In this document: positions 50,481 to 60,523 of the stretch, piece after piece
Numbering within the stretch: position 1 is the first letter of the stretch
Layout: the number at the start of each line of letters is the position of its first letter
DNA from: Candidatus Latescibacterota bacterium
Lineage (GTDB): Bacteria > Latescibacterota > CBDEFO01
Assembly (NCBI GenBank): GCA_965248755.1
Contig: OZ252149.1
Location: 3,488,001-3,552,000, forward strand
DNA length: 64,000 bases
Reading direction: 5' to 3'
Made by a program: the position numbers and the translations under genes
The notes under the pieces: model-generated
Told to the model about the DNA's origin: nothing
Seen by the model: only the letters and a program-made list of their open reading frames with translations
The model's database searches: none

Positions 50481-51343
50481 TCGGGGTCGTTGCTTTTGTC
50501 GCGGTCTTGGTCGGGGCCTTCTTGGAAGCCACCATTGCGGCAGCGCACGAGGGTCCGATACACGTGGTCGAGGCACTGTCGCACCGGATGCGTATTCAGG
50601 GCGAATCGGTGTCCCTGCTTTTACGGCGTTCCGCCGAATATCGTATTCTGGGCAAGTCCAACGAGGCGATCAAGGATTTGCTCCGCGTAGTCCGGATGGA
50701 CCCGTCGCACATCGGAGCGAAAGTTGAGCTCAGCAGGATATATCTTGCCCGCCGTGACCCCGACCGAGCACTGATGTGGATCGGGCGCGCCATCGCTACA
50801 GAGAGACCGCAGGCACATCTTTTCGCGGTCCGAGGCGATGTGCATGCCGCCCAAGAGGAATTCCTCGCGGCCCTAAAGGACTACGACCGGGCGATCCAAA
50901 GTGGAGCTGCCGACGTCGAGTGGTACCTGAAACGAAGCTCCGTGCACGAGCGGATCGGTCTCACCGACGAGCGTATTCAGGGACTTGAGGAAGGTTTTCG
51001 GCGGACGTTCAGCGTCGTGATTGAAGGGGAATGGACCGACGCTCTGATCGAGGGAGGGCAGCCCCAGCTCGCGTTGACGAAGATCGAGCCCCTGCTCGAA
51101 CGCTCGCGCCTGAAAAGCTCCTGGATGATCCGGCGCGCCCGCGCCAGATTGGCTCTCGGCCTGTTTCGGCAGGCGGAAGCAGACCTGGAGCGGGCAATCG
51201 AAGAGATACATGAACGGCTGCACCCCACGCGTTCCGCCCCTGATCTCGTGTCTGACCTCGCCCTGGCGCGTCGCCTGTTCGGCTTCGCCCGCAACCGATG
51301 TCGAATCCCGAGTGCCGGATGCCAGATGCCTATCGCATACTGA
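50477..51343 (+). CDS. Exported tetratricopeptide-repeat protein, translationally coupled to the phosphatase
   Basis: ATGA overlap at 50477-50480; signal peptide ending AAA-HEG; TPR-like helices. Confidence 0.8.
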   Translation: MIGVVAFVAVLVGAFLEATIAAAHEGPIHVVEALSHRMRIQGESVSLLLRRSAEYRILGKSNEAIKDLLRVVRMDPSHIGAKVELSRIYLARRDPDRALMWIGRAIATERPQAHLFAVRGDVHAAQEEFLAALKDYDRAIQSGAADVEWYLKRSSVHERIGLTDERIQGLEEGFRRTFSVVIEGEWTDALIEGGQPQLALTKIEPLLERSRLKSSWMIRRARARLALGLFRQAEADLERAIEEIHERLHPTRSAPDLVSDLALARRLFGFARNRCRIPSAGCQMPIAY

Positions 51344-51565
51344 CTCTTTGATGCGGTTCTGCGCTTTACGAGGGCTTATTGGCATATACCGGGAGCCGCT
51401 TGATGCCCGAGCGCGAGGACTCGGAGGTCTGGGGAGTTGGCCCGGAAGACGGATTCTTCGTCCCGATGTCAATTGATTAGATTCGCAAGATCTACAAGAT
51501 CAGCGTCCAGAATACGCTCCTGCGGAATAATTCCTATCAGCGGTTTACCCAACAAGGAGGCCAAA

Positions 51566-52492
51566 ATGATGAACGAGCTCGAGGAGTGGGGTATGGTGTC
51601 CGATCGCCGACGTTTCCTGAAGGTTTCTGTTGCGTCCCTTATCGGGGCTGGGCTGAGTAGGTCTGAGGGCGCATCGGCGCAGGAAGCGCCGGAGGACGTA
51701 GCCCCGGCTGTTGAGCCCTTCAGCTTCTGCGCGCTTGCAGATCCGCACTGTGTCGATCCGGCTACGGGTAGATACAGGGAGGGGATAGAGAGGTTAGGGA
51801 ACGGCGTGGAGAAATTCTTCAGGTGCGACCGGGAAATGGCGAAATTGGAGGGGATAGACAGGCCTGACTTCATGCTCGTCGCCGGTGATATCCATCTGTG
51901 GGCGCTCCGAGACCGTCTGGATGAGGTGGAGATTCCGATGCACGTGATCGCTGGAAACCACGAGTCCGGCTGCGAGAAGAAGGAGATACGCGACCTCTTC
52001 CCCGGCGACTTCAAGAAGGATGGCAGGGAATCTGACTACTACTCCTTCGTACACAAGGGAGTGCGGTTCATCGGCGTCTGTGATGCCGGCGGGGGCGGGG
52101 ACCACGTCGGCCATCTGTGCGCGGAGGACTTCGGGCCCCGGGGGCAGTGCGAATGGCTGGAAGGAGAGTTGGGCCAGAAGGAGCGGGAAAAGATCATCTT
52201 CGCTCACATCCCTCCACATCCAGAAGGACTGGACGTCAACATGTACATGTCACGCAACGATTCGCGGTACTTCAACCAACTCATTCAGAAAACGCAGCCG
52301 ACCGCCATGTTCTTTGGGCACCATCACAGGGCCACAGACGAACACAAGATCGGCCGAACGCGGAGCTTTATAATGCGATCGTCCTGCTGGAATGCCGCCC
52401 GGGCTACCATCGGCTTCATGCACGTGAGCGTGACGCCGACGGGCATCGTCACCCGGGAGATCGACACAGGAGTGTATGAACCCCAACGTTGA
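51566..52492 (+). CDS. Tat-exported metallophosphoesterase, copy 1
   Basis: DRRRFLK signal; ADPH, AGD, GNHE, AHIP, GHHH. Confidence 0.88.
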   Translation: MMNELEEWGMVSDRRRFLKVSVASLIGAGLSRSEGASAQEAPEDVAPAVEPFSFCALADPHCVDPATGRYREGIERLGNGVEKFFRCDREMAKLEGIDRPDFMLVAGDIHLWALRDRLDEVEIPMHVIAGNHESGCEKKEIRDLFPGDFKKDGRESDYYSFVHKGVRFIGVCDAGGGGDHVGHLCAEDFGPRGQCEWLEGELGQKEREKIIFAHIPPHPEGLDVNMYMSRNDSRYFNQLIQKTQPTAMFFGHHHRATDEHKIGRTRSFIMRSSCWNAARATIGFMHVSVTPTGIVTREIDTGVYEPQR

Positions 52493-52695
52493 AAAAAGCT
52501 AATCAATCTCTACCTGCGCGTTAAGAGCCGCCATGTGCCGCGGTAGAAATGACATCACATATTTGCTCGCGCTGGCTATTAGAGTGAGCTTGCCTTGAGG
52601 TCGCGTCGGGTGTCTTGACGAATAGTTTCGGATGTGATCAAAGCGGTTATGGCGGAATGATTCCTATCAGCGGCTCACCTAACGAGGAGGCCAAA

Positions 52696-53622
52696 ATGAT
52701 GAACGAGCTCGAAGAGTGGGGCATGATGTCCGATCGCCGACGTTTCCTGAAGGTTTCTGTTGCGTCCCTTATCGGGGCTGGGCTGAGGAGGGCTGAGGGT
52801 GCATCGGCGACGGAAGCGCCGGAGGACGTAGCTCCGGCTGTTGAGCCCTTCAGCTTCTGCGTGCTTGCAGATCCGCACTGTGTCGATCCGGCTACGGGTA
52901 GATACAGAGAAGGGATAGAGAGGTTAGGGGACGGCGTTGAGAAATTCCTCAGGTGCGACCGGGAGATGGCAAAATTGGAGGGGTTAGACAGGCCTGACTT
53001 CATGCTCCTCGCCGGTGATATCCATCTGTGGGCGCTCCGAGACCGTCTGGATGAGGTGGAGATTCCGATGCACGTGATCGCCGGAAACCACGAGGACCGC
53101 TGCATGAAGAAGGAGATGCGCGAACTCTTCCCCGGCGACTTCAAGAAGGATGGCAAGGAATCCGACTACTACTCCTTCGTACACAAGGGAGTGCGGTTCA
53201 TCGGTGTCTGTGATGCCGGTGGGGGCGGAGACCACGTCGGCCACCTGTGCTCGGAGGACTTCGGGCCCCGGGGGCAGTGCGAATGGCTGGAAGGAGAGTT
53301 GGGCCAGAAGGAGCGGGAAAAGATCATCTTCGCTCACATCCCTCCACATCCAGAAGGACTGGACGTCAACATGTACATGTCGCGCAACGATTCGCGGTAC
53401 TTCAACCCACTCATTCAGAAAACGCAGCCGACCGCCATGTTCTTTGGGCACCATCACAGGGCCACGGACGAACGCAAGATCGGCCGAACGCGAAGCTTTA
53501 TACTGCGATCATCCTGTTGGAATGACGCCCGGGCTGCCATCGGCTTCATGCACGTGAGCGTGACGCGGACGGGCATCGTCACCCGGGAGATAGACACAGG
53601 AGTGTATGAACCCCAACGTTGA
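52696..53622 (+). CDS. Tat-exported metallophosphoesterase, copy 2
   Basis: Close paralog of copy 1 with the same motifs. Confidence 0.88.
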   Translation: MMNELEEWGMMSDRRRFLKVSVASLIGAGLRRAEGASATEAPEDVAPAVEPFSFCVLADPHCVDPATGRYREGIERLGDGVEKFLRCDREMAKLEGLDRPDFMLLAGDIHLWALRDRLDEVEIPMHVIAGNHEDRCMKKEMRELFPGDFKKDGKESDYYSFVHKGVRFIGVCDAGGGGDHVGHLCSEDFGPRGQCEWLEGELGQKEREKIIFAHIPPHPEGLDVNMYMSRNDSRYFNPLIQKTQPTAMFFGHHHRATDERKIGRTRSFILRSSCWNDARAAIGFMHVSVTRTGIVTREIDTGVYEPQR

Positions 53623-54444
53623 CCCCCGATTAAATCGGGGGTTGAAAAAGGCTAATTACTAGCTACCTGCGCGTTAAGAGCCGCCATGTACCGCGGTAGA
53701 AATGGCATCACATATTTGCTCGCACTGGCTATTAGAGTGCGCAAACCTTGAGGTCGCGTCGGATGCCTTGACGAATAGTTTCGGATGTGACGGAAGCGGT
53801 TATGCTCGCCTCCGTCCCTTGGGTACGGACGTGCACCTTCCCACGGACGGACACAGGCTGGCTGTCAAAATCGCGCGGGTGGCAGCAGTTAGCGAAAACC
53901 TGACGATCCACTGCACAATTTCATTGACATCCACAATCTTATTTTGTATCTTCCCTCCTAATTGGGGTGTACCGTACGCAGCTCTCCAATCCAGTAGAGC
54001 CTCCGTAGAAATATTTAGCAAGAGAATAGCGTAGCGGTGTGGTGGCATTGACAGAAGTTGTCACAATTAGATCGTATGTCTGTCAGTTGGTACGCATTTA
54101 GCAAAATCCACGTTAGGCAAGCTGCTCCAGTGAGAGGATAAGCATATAACAGAGAATTCTTGTTACTGCAATTGTTTCTACTTTCATTATCCTATCACTC
54201 GGTTCCAGCTACGCTCAAGGACGATCCGCTGGGCTAAATGTTGGTATTTCATTGCGTTGACGTATTGCTCATAATTAAGTTTACTTAAACGAAAGTGAAC
54301 TGATTAGGATTAGTTTTTCCAGATGCTCCAGAAATTGTATGGAGTATCTCTGGCAAGGAAACTTTTGTTGAAATTGTCCTTTTGCTTAGAATGTCACCTT
54401 TAACCACCGCGCAAAGAGAAAACCATCGAAAGGAGAAAACAAAG

Positions 54445-55632
54445 ATGAATGACTCACCACAGCAGCCCTTTCAGGACTTTATTGCCATTCGAAACCCGCG
54501 CCAGCTAAAAGTGGCAGAGATACCAGCGGAACGGGTTCCGATAGGCCAAAAGCTTGAATACAAGCCCAACATCGCACACCTGGGTGGAGATGAGTTGCTG
54601 CTATTGTGCTACCTGAACGATGTGGCAGCGGGGTTACCCACCTACCTGTATCGTTCGCACGACGGCGGGCGGACCTGGGAAGGAGGGCGCGACGAGACCA
54701 GTCTGCCGGACGGTGGCGAGCCGTATTTGTCGCAAATGCGAGACGGCACGTTGTTGGTAACGGGAGGCCCCTGGGGGTACCGCTCGGAGGACGATGGATT
54801 CACCTGGTCCGAATACCAGTTGCCTCCGGAATTTGCCACCAGGGTCAGGGGGAACAACTCGAGAAATATACTGGAGTTGGAGGACGGTTCGTTACTGCAG
54901 ATTGTCGATATACCTGAAGACGATCCCCCTCTTCGCCATTCTCAATACGGGAATGGATACGTCGCCCGGAGTTACGATGGGGGTCGGACGTGGCCGGACT
55001 GCTACACGATGGAAGTAGAAGGGGTGGCGGAAGGCTATCCCCGGTCCATCTTTGGGGAGGTAGTGCTCTGGCAGGCGCGTTCCGGTAAAATTTACGGCAT
55101 AGCCAGGCTTGATCATAAGTTCTATCCCCTTCCCGGGCGGGTGTTCACCCCCCAGGAGCTCGAAAACGTGGCCGTAACCTTGCGGCACTACGGGCAGCCC
55201 CCGGTGCAGGATCTTGCCGATACCGACTTTGACCAGTTCGGCCGAATGAAAGCCTGGGTTTCTACCGACGAAGGCCACACGTGGCAGTCCGGTGCGGACC
55301 TGGGTGACCACGGCCAGATGTTTCATTCCATTCTGCGGTTGAGAGATGGACGGCTGCTGTTTACTTATACTCAGCGCTCGATCGATCCTCCGCTCGGCGT
55401 GCGTGCGGTACTCGGCCGTGAAACCGAAGACGGCTTTGAATTCGATTTCGAGCACGACGTTTTCATGATTGACACCAGAACACCCATCGGCCGCTGCTCG
55501 GGAGGAGGTTTCGGCAACACCGTCGAGCTGGATGACGGGACTCTCGTAACCAGCTATTCCTACTGGCGGCCTGACAAAGGAGAATCGGGAAAACTCTTCA
55601 ATTGTGAAGTGGTTCGCTGGCGTTTGCCGTAA
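54445..55632 (+). CDS. BNR/Asp-box sialidase-family protein, copy 1
   Basis: SHDGGRTW, SEDDGFTW, SYDGGRTW, STDEGHTW; no signal peptide. Confidence 0.85.
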   Translation: MNDSPQQPFQDFIAIRNPRQLKVAEIPAERVPIGQKLEYKPNIAHLGGDELLLLCYLNDVAAGLPTYLYRSHDGGRTWEGGRDETSLPDGGEPYLSQMRDGTLLVTGGPWGYRSEDDGFTWSEYQLPPEFATRVRGNNSRNILELEDGSLLQIVDIPEDDPPLRHSQYGNGYVARSYDGGRTWPDCYTMEVEGVAEGYPRSIFGEVVLWQARSGKIYGIARLDHKFYPLPGRVFTPQELENVAVTLRHYGQPPVQDLADTDFDQFGRMKAWVSTDEGHTWQSGADLGDHGQMFHSILRLRDGRLLFTYTQRSIDPPLGVRAVLGRETEDGFEFDFEHDVFMIDTRTPIGRCSGGGFGNTVELDDGTLVTSYSYWRPDKGESGKLFNCEVVRWRLP

Positions 55633-55807
55633 GAGGAAGCCGGGATAGTGCCAACATCTGATTCTACTGACAGGGTTATATCCAGCCATGACCTGTGGGG
55701 ATATGCGTTGCCTGAGCGTGGTTACGCCGGAGCGTCCACGATCCTCTTGGAGAGGTTGAGAGCAAAATTAGGGCGATATAACCTACCATCGAAAGGAGAA
55801 AACAGAG

Positions 55808-57031
55808 ATGAATGACTCACCACAGCAGCCCTTTCAGGACTTTATTGCCATTCGAAACCCGCGGCAACTAACGGCAGCAAAGCTGCAAGCCGAACGGGTT
55901 CCGCTGGGCCAAAAGCTTGAATACAAGCCCAACATCGCATACCTGGGTGGAAATGAGTTGCTGCTATTGTGCTACCTGTGCGATACACGGATACCCATCT
56001 ACCTGTATCGTTCGCACGACGGCGGTCGGACCTGGGAGGGAGGGCGTAACACTGCCGGCCTGCCGGACGGCGAAGAGCCCTATTTGTCTCAAATGCGAGA
56101 CGGCACGCTGTTGCTAACGGGAGGAGCGTGGGGGTACCGTTCGGAGGACGATGGATACACCTGGTCCGAATACCATCTGCCTCCGGAATTTGCCACCAGG
56201 GTAAGGGGGAACAAGTCGCGTAGGGTCAGAGGGAACAACTGTTCGCGAAATATACTGCAGTTGGAAGACGGTTCGTTGCTGCAGATCGTGGATATACCCA
56301 AAGACCAGAATCCTCCTCTCCATCCTCAATACGGGGACGAATACGTCGCCCGCAACTACGATGGGGGTCGGACGTGGCCGGACTGCCACAGGATACACGT
56401 AGAAGGGGTACCGGAAGGCTATCCCTATTCCATCTTTTCGGAGGTAGTGCTCTGGCAGGCGCGTTCCGGAAAAATATACGGGATAGCCAGGATTGAGCAC
56501 AAATTGTTCCCGCTTCCCGGGCGGGTGTTCACCCCCCAGGAGCTCGGAAACGTGGCCATAACCCTGCTGCACTACGGCCAGCCCCCGGTGCAGGATCTTG
56601 CCGATACCGACTTTGACCAGTTCGGTCGAATGAAAGCTTGGACTTCCACCGACGAAGGCCACACGTGGCAGCCCGGTGAGGACCTGGGCGACCACGGCCA
56701 GATGTTTCATTCCATTCTGCGGTTGAGGGATGGGCGGCTGCTGTTTACTTATACTCAGCGCTCAATCGATCCTCCTCTCGGAGTGCGTGCGGTACTCGGC
56801 CGTGAAACCGAAGACGGCTTTGAATTTGATTTCGAGCACGACATCTTCATGATTGAGACCAGAACTCCCATCGGCCGCTGCTCGGGCGGAGGTTTCGGCA
56901 ACACCGTCGAGCTGGACGACGGGACTCTTGTGACCAGCTATTCCTATTGGCGACCTGACGCCTGGCCACCGGACCCGCCGCATCCGGACAAACTCTTCAA
57001 TTGTGAAGTGGTTCGCTGGCGTTTGCCGTAA
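55808..57031 (+). CDS. BNR/Asp-box sialidase-family protein, copy 2
   Basis: Paralog of copy 1 with loop indels. Confidence 0.85.
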   Translation: MNDSPQQPFQDFIAIRNPRQLTAAKLQAERVPLGQKLEYKPNIAYLGGNELLLLCYLCDTRIPIYLYRSHDGGRTWEGGRNTAGLPDGEEPYLSQMRDGTLLLTGGAWGYRSEDDGYTWSEYHLPPEFATRVRGNKSRRVRGNNCSRNILQLEDGSLLQIVDIPKDQNPPLHPQYGDEYVARNYDGGRTWPDCHRIHVEGVPEGYPYSIFSEVVLWQARSGKIYGIARIEHKLFPLPGRVFTPQELGNVAITLLHYGQPPVQDLADTDFDQFGRMKAWTSTDEGHTWQPGEDLGDHGQMFHSILRLRDGRLLFTYTQRSIDPPLGVRAVLGRETEDGFEFDFEHDIFMIETRTPIGRCSGGGFGNTVELDDGTLVTSYSYWRPDAWPPDPPHPDKLFNCEVVRWRLP

Positions 57032-57297
57032 GAGTAGGCCGGGATGCTGCGCAATACCCGATTCTGTTGGTGGAGGCATTTACCGCCATGACCTGTGGGG
57101 ATCATGCGCTGCTTGAGGGCGGTTATGTCAGAGCATCCGCAGTCCTCTTGTAGAGGCTGAGCGCAAGATTAGGGCGATAACCCTACCATGTAATACGAGG
57201 CAGCGTGACCTGCTGAGCCAGCCAGGCGAAGCGGGGCATGTTCTATTTCTTGGTCAGTAACAAGACGAATTGGGAACGGCATACAAGGAGTAGCAAA

Positions 57298-57660
57298 ATG
57301 AAAAAAACCACGTTCATGAGAAAAAGAGAGGACATGCTCCAGACAATGGCGTCTGAAAGCCACGGCGGCAAGGGGGTTCTGGACTGGACAAAGGTCATCG
57401 CCAGCGATGAGACAAAAGATAAACACCTGAAGTGTTTTTTCGACCTTGTCCTGCCGCCGGATGTTTCGATCGGTATCCACAAGCACGAAAACGATGAGGA
57501 GTACTATTATGTAATTTCAGGAAGGGGAATTATGACGCTGGATGAGGAAAGAGTTGAGGTCGGACCGGGTGATATAACCGCCGTTTTTCCAGGAGGAACA
57601 CACGGACTGAAAAACAATTCAGAGACAGACCTGCGCGTCCTTGTGATCAGTGTCTGCTGA
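57298..57660 (+). CDS. Cupin-domain protein
   Basis: SIGIHKH..DEEYYYVISG.G...GPGD....PGGTHGLKN. Confidence 0.88.
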   Translation: MKKTTFMRKREDMLQTMASESHGGKGVLDWTKVIASDETKDKHLKCFFDLVLPPDVSIGIHKHENDEEYYYVISGRGIMTLDEERVEVGPGDITAVFPGGTHGLKNNSETDLRVLVISVC

Positions 57661-57706
57661 AGGAGAAAAAGACGACGAGCAAGCCGAACAGGCAGAGAGT
57701 AAACGT

Positions 57707-58681
57707 ATGACTCATCAGGCGATTGTAGTTACCGCTACGGAAAAAGCTGAACTGCTCACCGTGGATGGTCCGGCTGTGCTTGGACCGAAGGAAGTCCGAG
57801 GGAAGACTCTTTATACTCTCGTCAGCCCCGGGACCGAACTGGCCCATCATTATCTGGGCCTGGGTGGTAAGGATTACCCGTTATATCCCGGATATTCGGC
57901 CATGTTCGAAGTCGAGGAAACCGGACAGGAAGTAGAGAACGTGAAGAAGGGAGATCATCTTTTCTGCATGGGCCTTCATCAGAGTTTTCAACAGATGGAT
58001 GCCGCCTGGACCGTGCCCCTGCCTGTGGGGCTGGAACCGGAAAAAGCACTCATCGCCCGCCTGATGACCGTGACAATGACCACGCTGATTACTACGGCGG
58101 CCCGGCCAGGAGACCGGGTGATGATTACGGGCGCCGGGTCTGTGGGATACCTTGCAGCGCAGGTGTTCAAGCTTTCCGGCTACGAAGTCCATGTTGTCGA
58201 ACCCAACAGTGCACGGCGCAAAAACGCTGCCGCATCCGGCGTTGCGGCGGTTTATCCCGAAGTTCCATGTAACGACGAGTCGATCGTCGGGACAATTTCC
58301 CTGGTTATGGAATGCTCAGGGCATGAACAGGCTGTTGTAGATGCCTGCCGGATTGTGCGAAAGTTAGGAGAAGTCGTGCTTGTCGGGGTTCCGTGGACCC
58401 GCCATACGGATCTATATGTCCAGGAGCTGCTTCGGTTGATATTCCACAGGTATGTTATTTTGCGCAGTGGTTGGGAGTGGGAACTGCCAGGACATGCCAC
58501 GGATTTCCGACCGCACAGCATCTTTGCGAACTACCGCACCGCGCTGAAATGGCTGAAGGATGACAGAATAAAGGTTCATGGTTTAACATCGTTGGCAAAA
58601 CCCTGCGAGGCCCAATTGGTATACCAGAATCTGCTGCATAGAAGAGATGATAGTTTATTCAACATTTTTGATTGGACTTGA
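57707..58681 (+). CDS. MDR (zinc-binding alcohol dehydrogenase-like) oxidoreductase
   Basis: VSPGTE, PGYS, GAGSVG, ECSG. Confidence 0.85.
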   Translation: MTHQAIVVTATEKAELLTVDGPAVLGPKEVRGKTLYTLVSPGTELAHHYLGLGGKDYPLYPGYSAMFEVEETGQEVENVKKGDHLFCMGLHQSFQQMDAAWTVPLPVGLEPEKALIARLMTVTMTTLITTAARPGDRVMITGAGSVGYLAAQVFKLSGYEVHVVEPNSARRKNAAASGVAAVYPEVPCNDESIVGTISLVMECSGHEQAVVDACRIVRKLGEVVLVGVPWTRHTDLYVQELLRLIFHRYVILRSGWEWELPGHATDFRPHSIFANYRTALKWLKDDRIKVHGLTSLAKPCEAQLVYQNLLHRRDDSLFNIFDWT

Positions 58682-58771
58682 GAGGAGTTTCTTTACCAGC
58701 TGGTCTGGCCGCTGAGCGCAGCAGATCAAGATGCCAGGGAAGCTGCCCCGCTGACAATCGGTTCTCCGGTA

Positions 58772-59740
58772 TTGGGATACAGACTCGATTCACTGGCAAT
58801 GGGATTGGTCGCGTGTGAACTGGCCAGGGGAGATGGTTCAGTTTGTACTTTCTATATCGTCCACTCGGGGTTGGCCATGGGATCTATTGGGTTACTAGGT
58901 TCTGAGGAACAGCGTGAGCGCTGGCTACCCAAAATGGCGCTATTAGAAAAAATCGGTGCGTTCGGACTCACCGAGCCTGAGCGTGGCTCCGACGCTTCTC
59001 ATGTGCTAACCTCCGCTCGCCGTGAGGGAAAGAACTATATCCTGAATGGGGCCAAGTCCTGGATTGGCAATGCTTCTATTGCTGACTTGATTATCATCTG
59101 GGCCAGGGATCAGGAAGGCGGGTTCGGCGGTTTTGTCCTTGAGAATCCTCGTGAAGTTGACGGGGTAAAGATCGAGGATATTACCGGAAAGATCACCATG
59201 CGTGCGGTTCCCACTTCCCACATCACACTTGAAAACGTCCGGATTCCCGAGGCCAATCGGTTGGCAGGGAGCCACTCCTTTCGCGACACAGCCAGGGTGC
59301 TCACTTACAATCGCTATGCGGTTGTCTGGGAAGCCCTTGGGTTAGCCGCAGCCGCTTTTGAACGGGCGTTAAAGTATACCAAAGAACGAGAGCAGTTCGG
59401 ACGACCACTTGCCGGCTTCCAATTAATCCAGGAGAAGCTGGTAGAAATGGCCGCTGAACTAACTCAGATGCAATTACTGTGTTTTCAACTTGCACGGCTT
59501 ATGGCAACCGATCAGATGAGCGAGGGCATGGTGTCTCTGGCTAAGTACAACAATGCCCGAAAAGCTCGCCACATTGTTGGGCTGGCTCGGGAAGCCATGG
59601 GAGCAAGCGGCGTGCTGCTCGAAAATCACGTTGCTCGTTTCTTTACCGATGCCGAGGCTATTTACACCTGCGAAGGCACCAATGAGATTAACCTGCTTAT
59701 TGCTGGCCGCGAAATTACAGGCATAAATGCAATCGTCTGA
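58772..59740 (+). pseudogene. Acyl-CoA dehydrogenase (glutaryl-CoA dehydrogenase-like), lacking its N-terminal region
   Basis: [35 protein letters not shown]; only 322 aa, no RBS, starts mid-domain. Confidence 0.8.
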
Positions 59741-59868
59741 TCAGGCAAGTTATTATCGGTTAATACCCCCACGTTCTACATGGGGGTTCTTTACTTAGGT
59801 AAGGACATTTCAGGAGAGGGGAACTGCCGCATTTGCTAACTAGCAAGTAATAGGGTTTCATGGCATCC

Positions 59869-59895
59869 CTGGATTCCCGTTTCCACGGGAATGAC
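59869..59895. repeat. dRS3-like palindrome ATTCCC-N8-GGGAAT
   Basis: ctggATTCCCgtttccacGGGAATgac. Confidence 0.65.
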
Positions 59896-60049
59896 ATTAA
59901 TTCATGAAATTGTTGCGCTTCCTGAAATTGAGGGGACTTCTTTCTCATCTCCTCAAACATCTCCAGGTTTTCCACATCTTCTATCCGCTCTAACATCTCT
60001 CTGTGCTCACGTATATGACACTTAAAATATGACAGCCCCCTGCCTGGGG

Positions 60050-60430
60050 ACCGGTGTTATAAGCTGACCGCAGGCGGCGGAGATATCTCTGAGCCGATCT
60101 ATGCCGGGCACAAATCCTGCCGTGGAGACGGTTATCTTGCGAGCGCCGATCCCGAGTCCCATCTCCAGACCCATGAGCCTTATGGCCCTGACCACGTTTT
60201 TGTAGTTCAGGAGCGGCTCTCCCATACCCATCATCACCACGTTGGTGATGCCGTCGTCTATCTGCTTATGATGTCTCCTGACGGATATGAGCTGATCTAT
60301 AATCTCTGCGGCAGAGAGGTTCCGTATCAGCCCCATCCTTGCGGTCGAACAGAAGGTGCATCCCAGAGCACACCCGACCTGAGAGGATACGCAGACCGTC
60401 CTGCGTTTCCCTTCGACGTCCTCAAGTGCA
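60050..60430 (-). pseudogene. rlmN: Internal fragment of the dual-specificity RNA methyltransferase RlmN
   Basis: [46 protein letters not shown]; both ends missing. Confidence 0.85.
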
Positions 60431-60523
60431 TATCGAAGGACTTTCACGTTAGGATGGTCTAGACCGAGGACCTTCTTACTGATTGTCAGTGCCCGCTTGA
60501 AGAGAGGCTGGATCTCACACCCC

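Larger units (their letters stand above)
51522..53804. repeat. Head-to-tail tandem duplication (51522-52651 / 52652-53804)
   Basis: Gene plus upstream and downstream flanks repeated at a 1130-bp offset. Confidence 0.93.
54422..57189. repeat. Head-to-tail tandem duplication bounded by ACCAT
   Basis: ACCAT at 54422, 55785 and 57185 marks the start, junction and end of homology. Confidence 0.88.

Noticed and set aside
54088..54103. Sigma54 promoter TGGTAC-N5-TAGC
   Set aside because: GG/GC spacing fits, but it has two mismatches to consensus, lies far from the next gene, and no activator gene is nearby
15409..57189. Diversity-generating retroelement explaining the paired repeats
   Set aside because: No reverse transcriptase in the window, the repeats are whole genes, and mismatches are not adenine-specific
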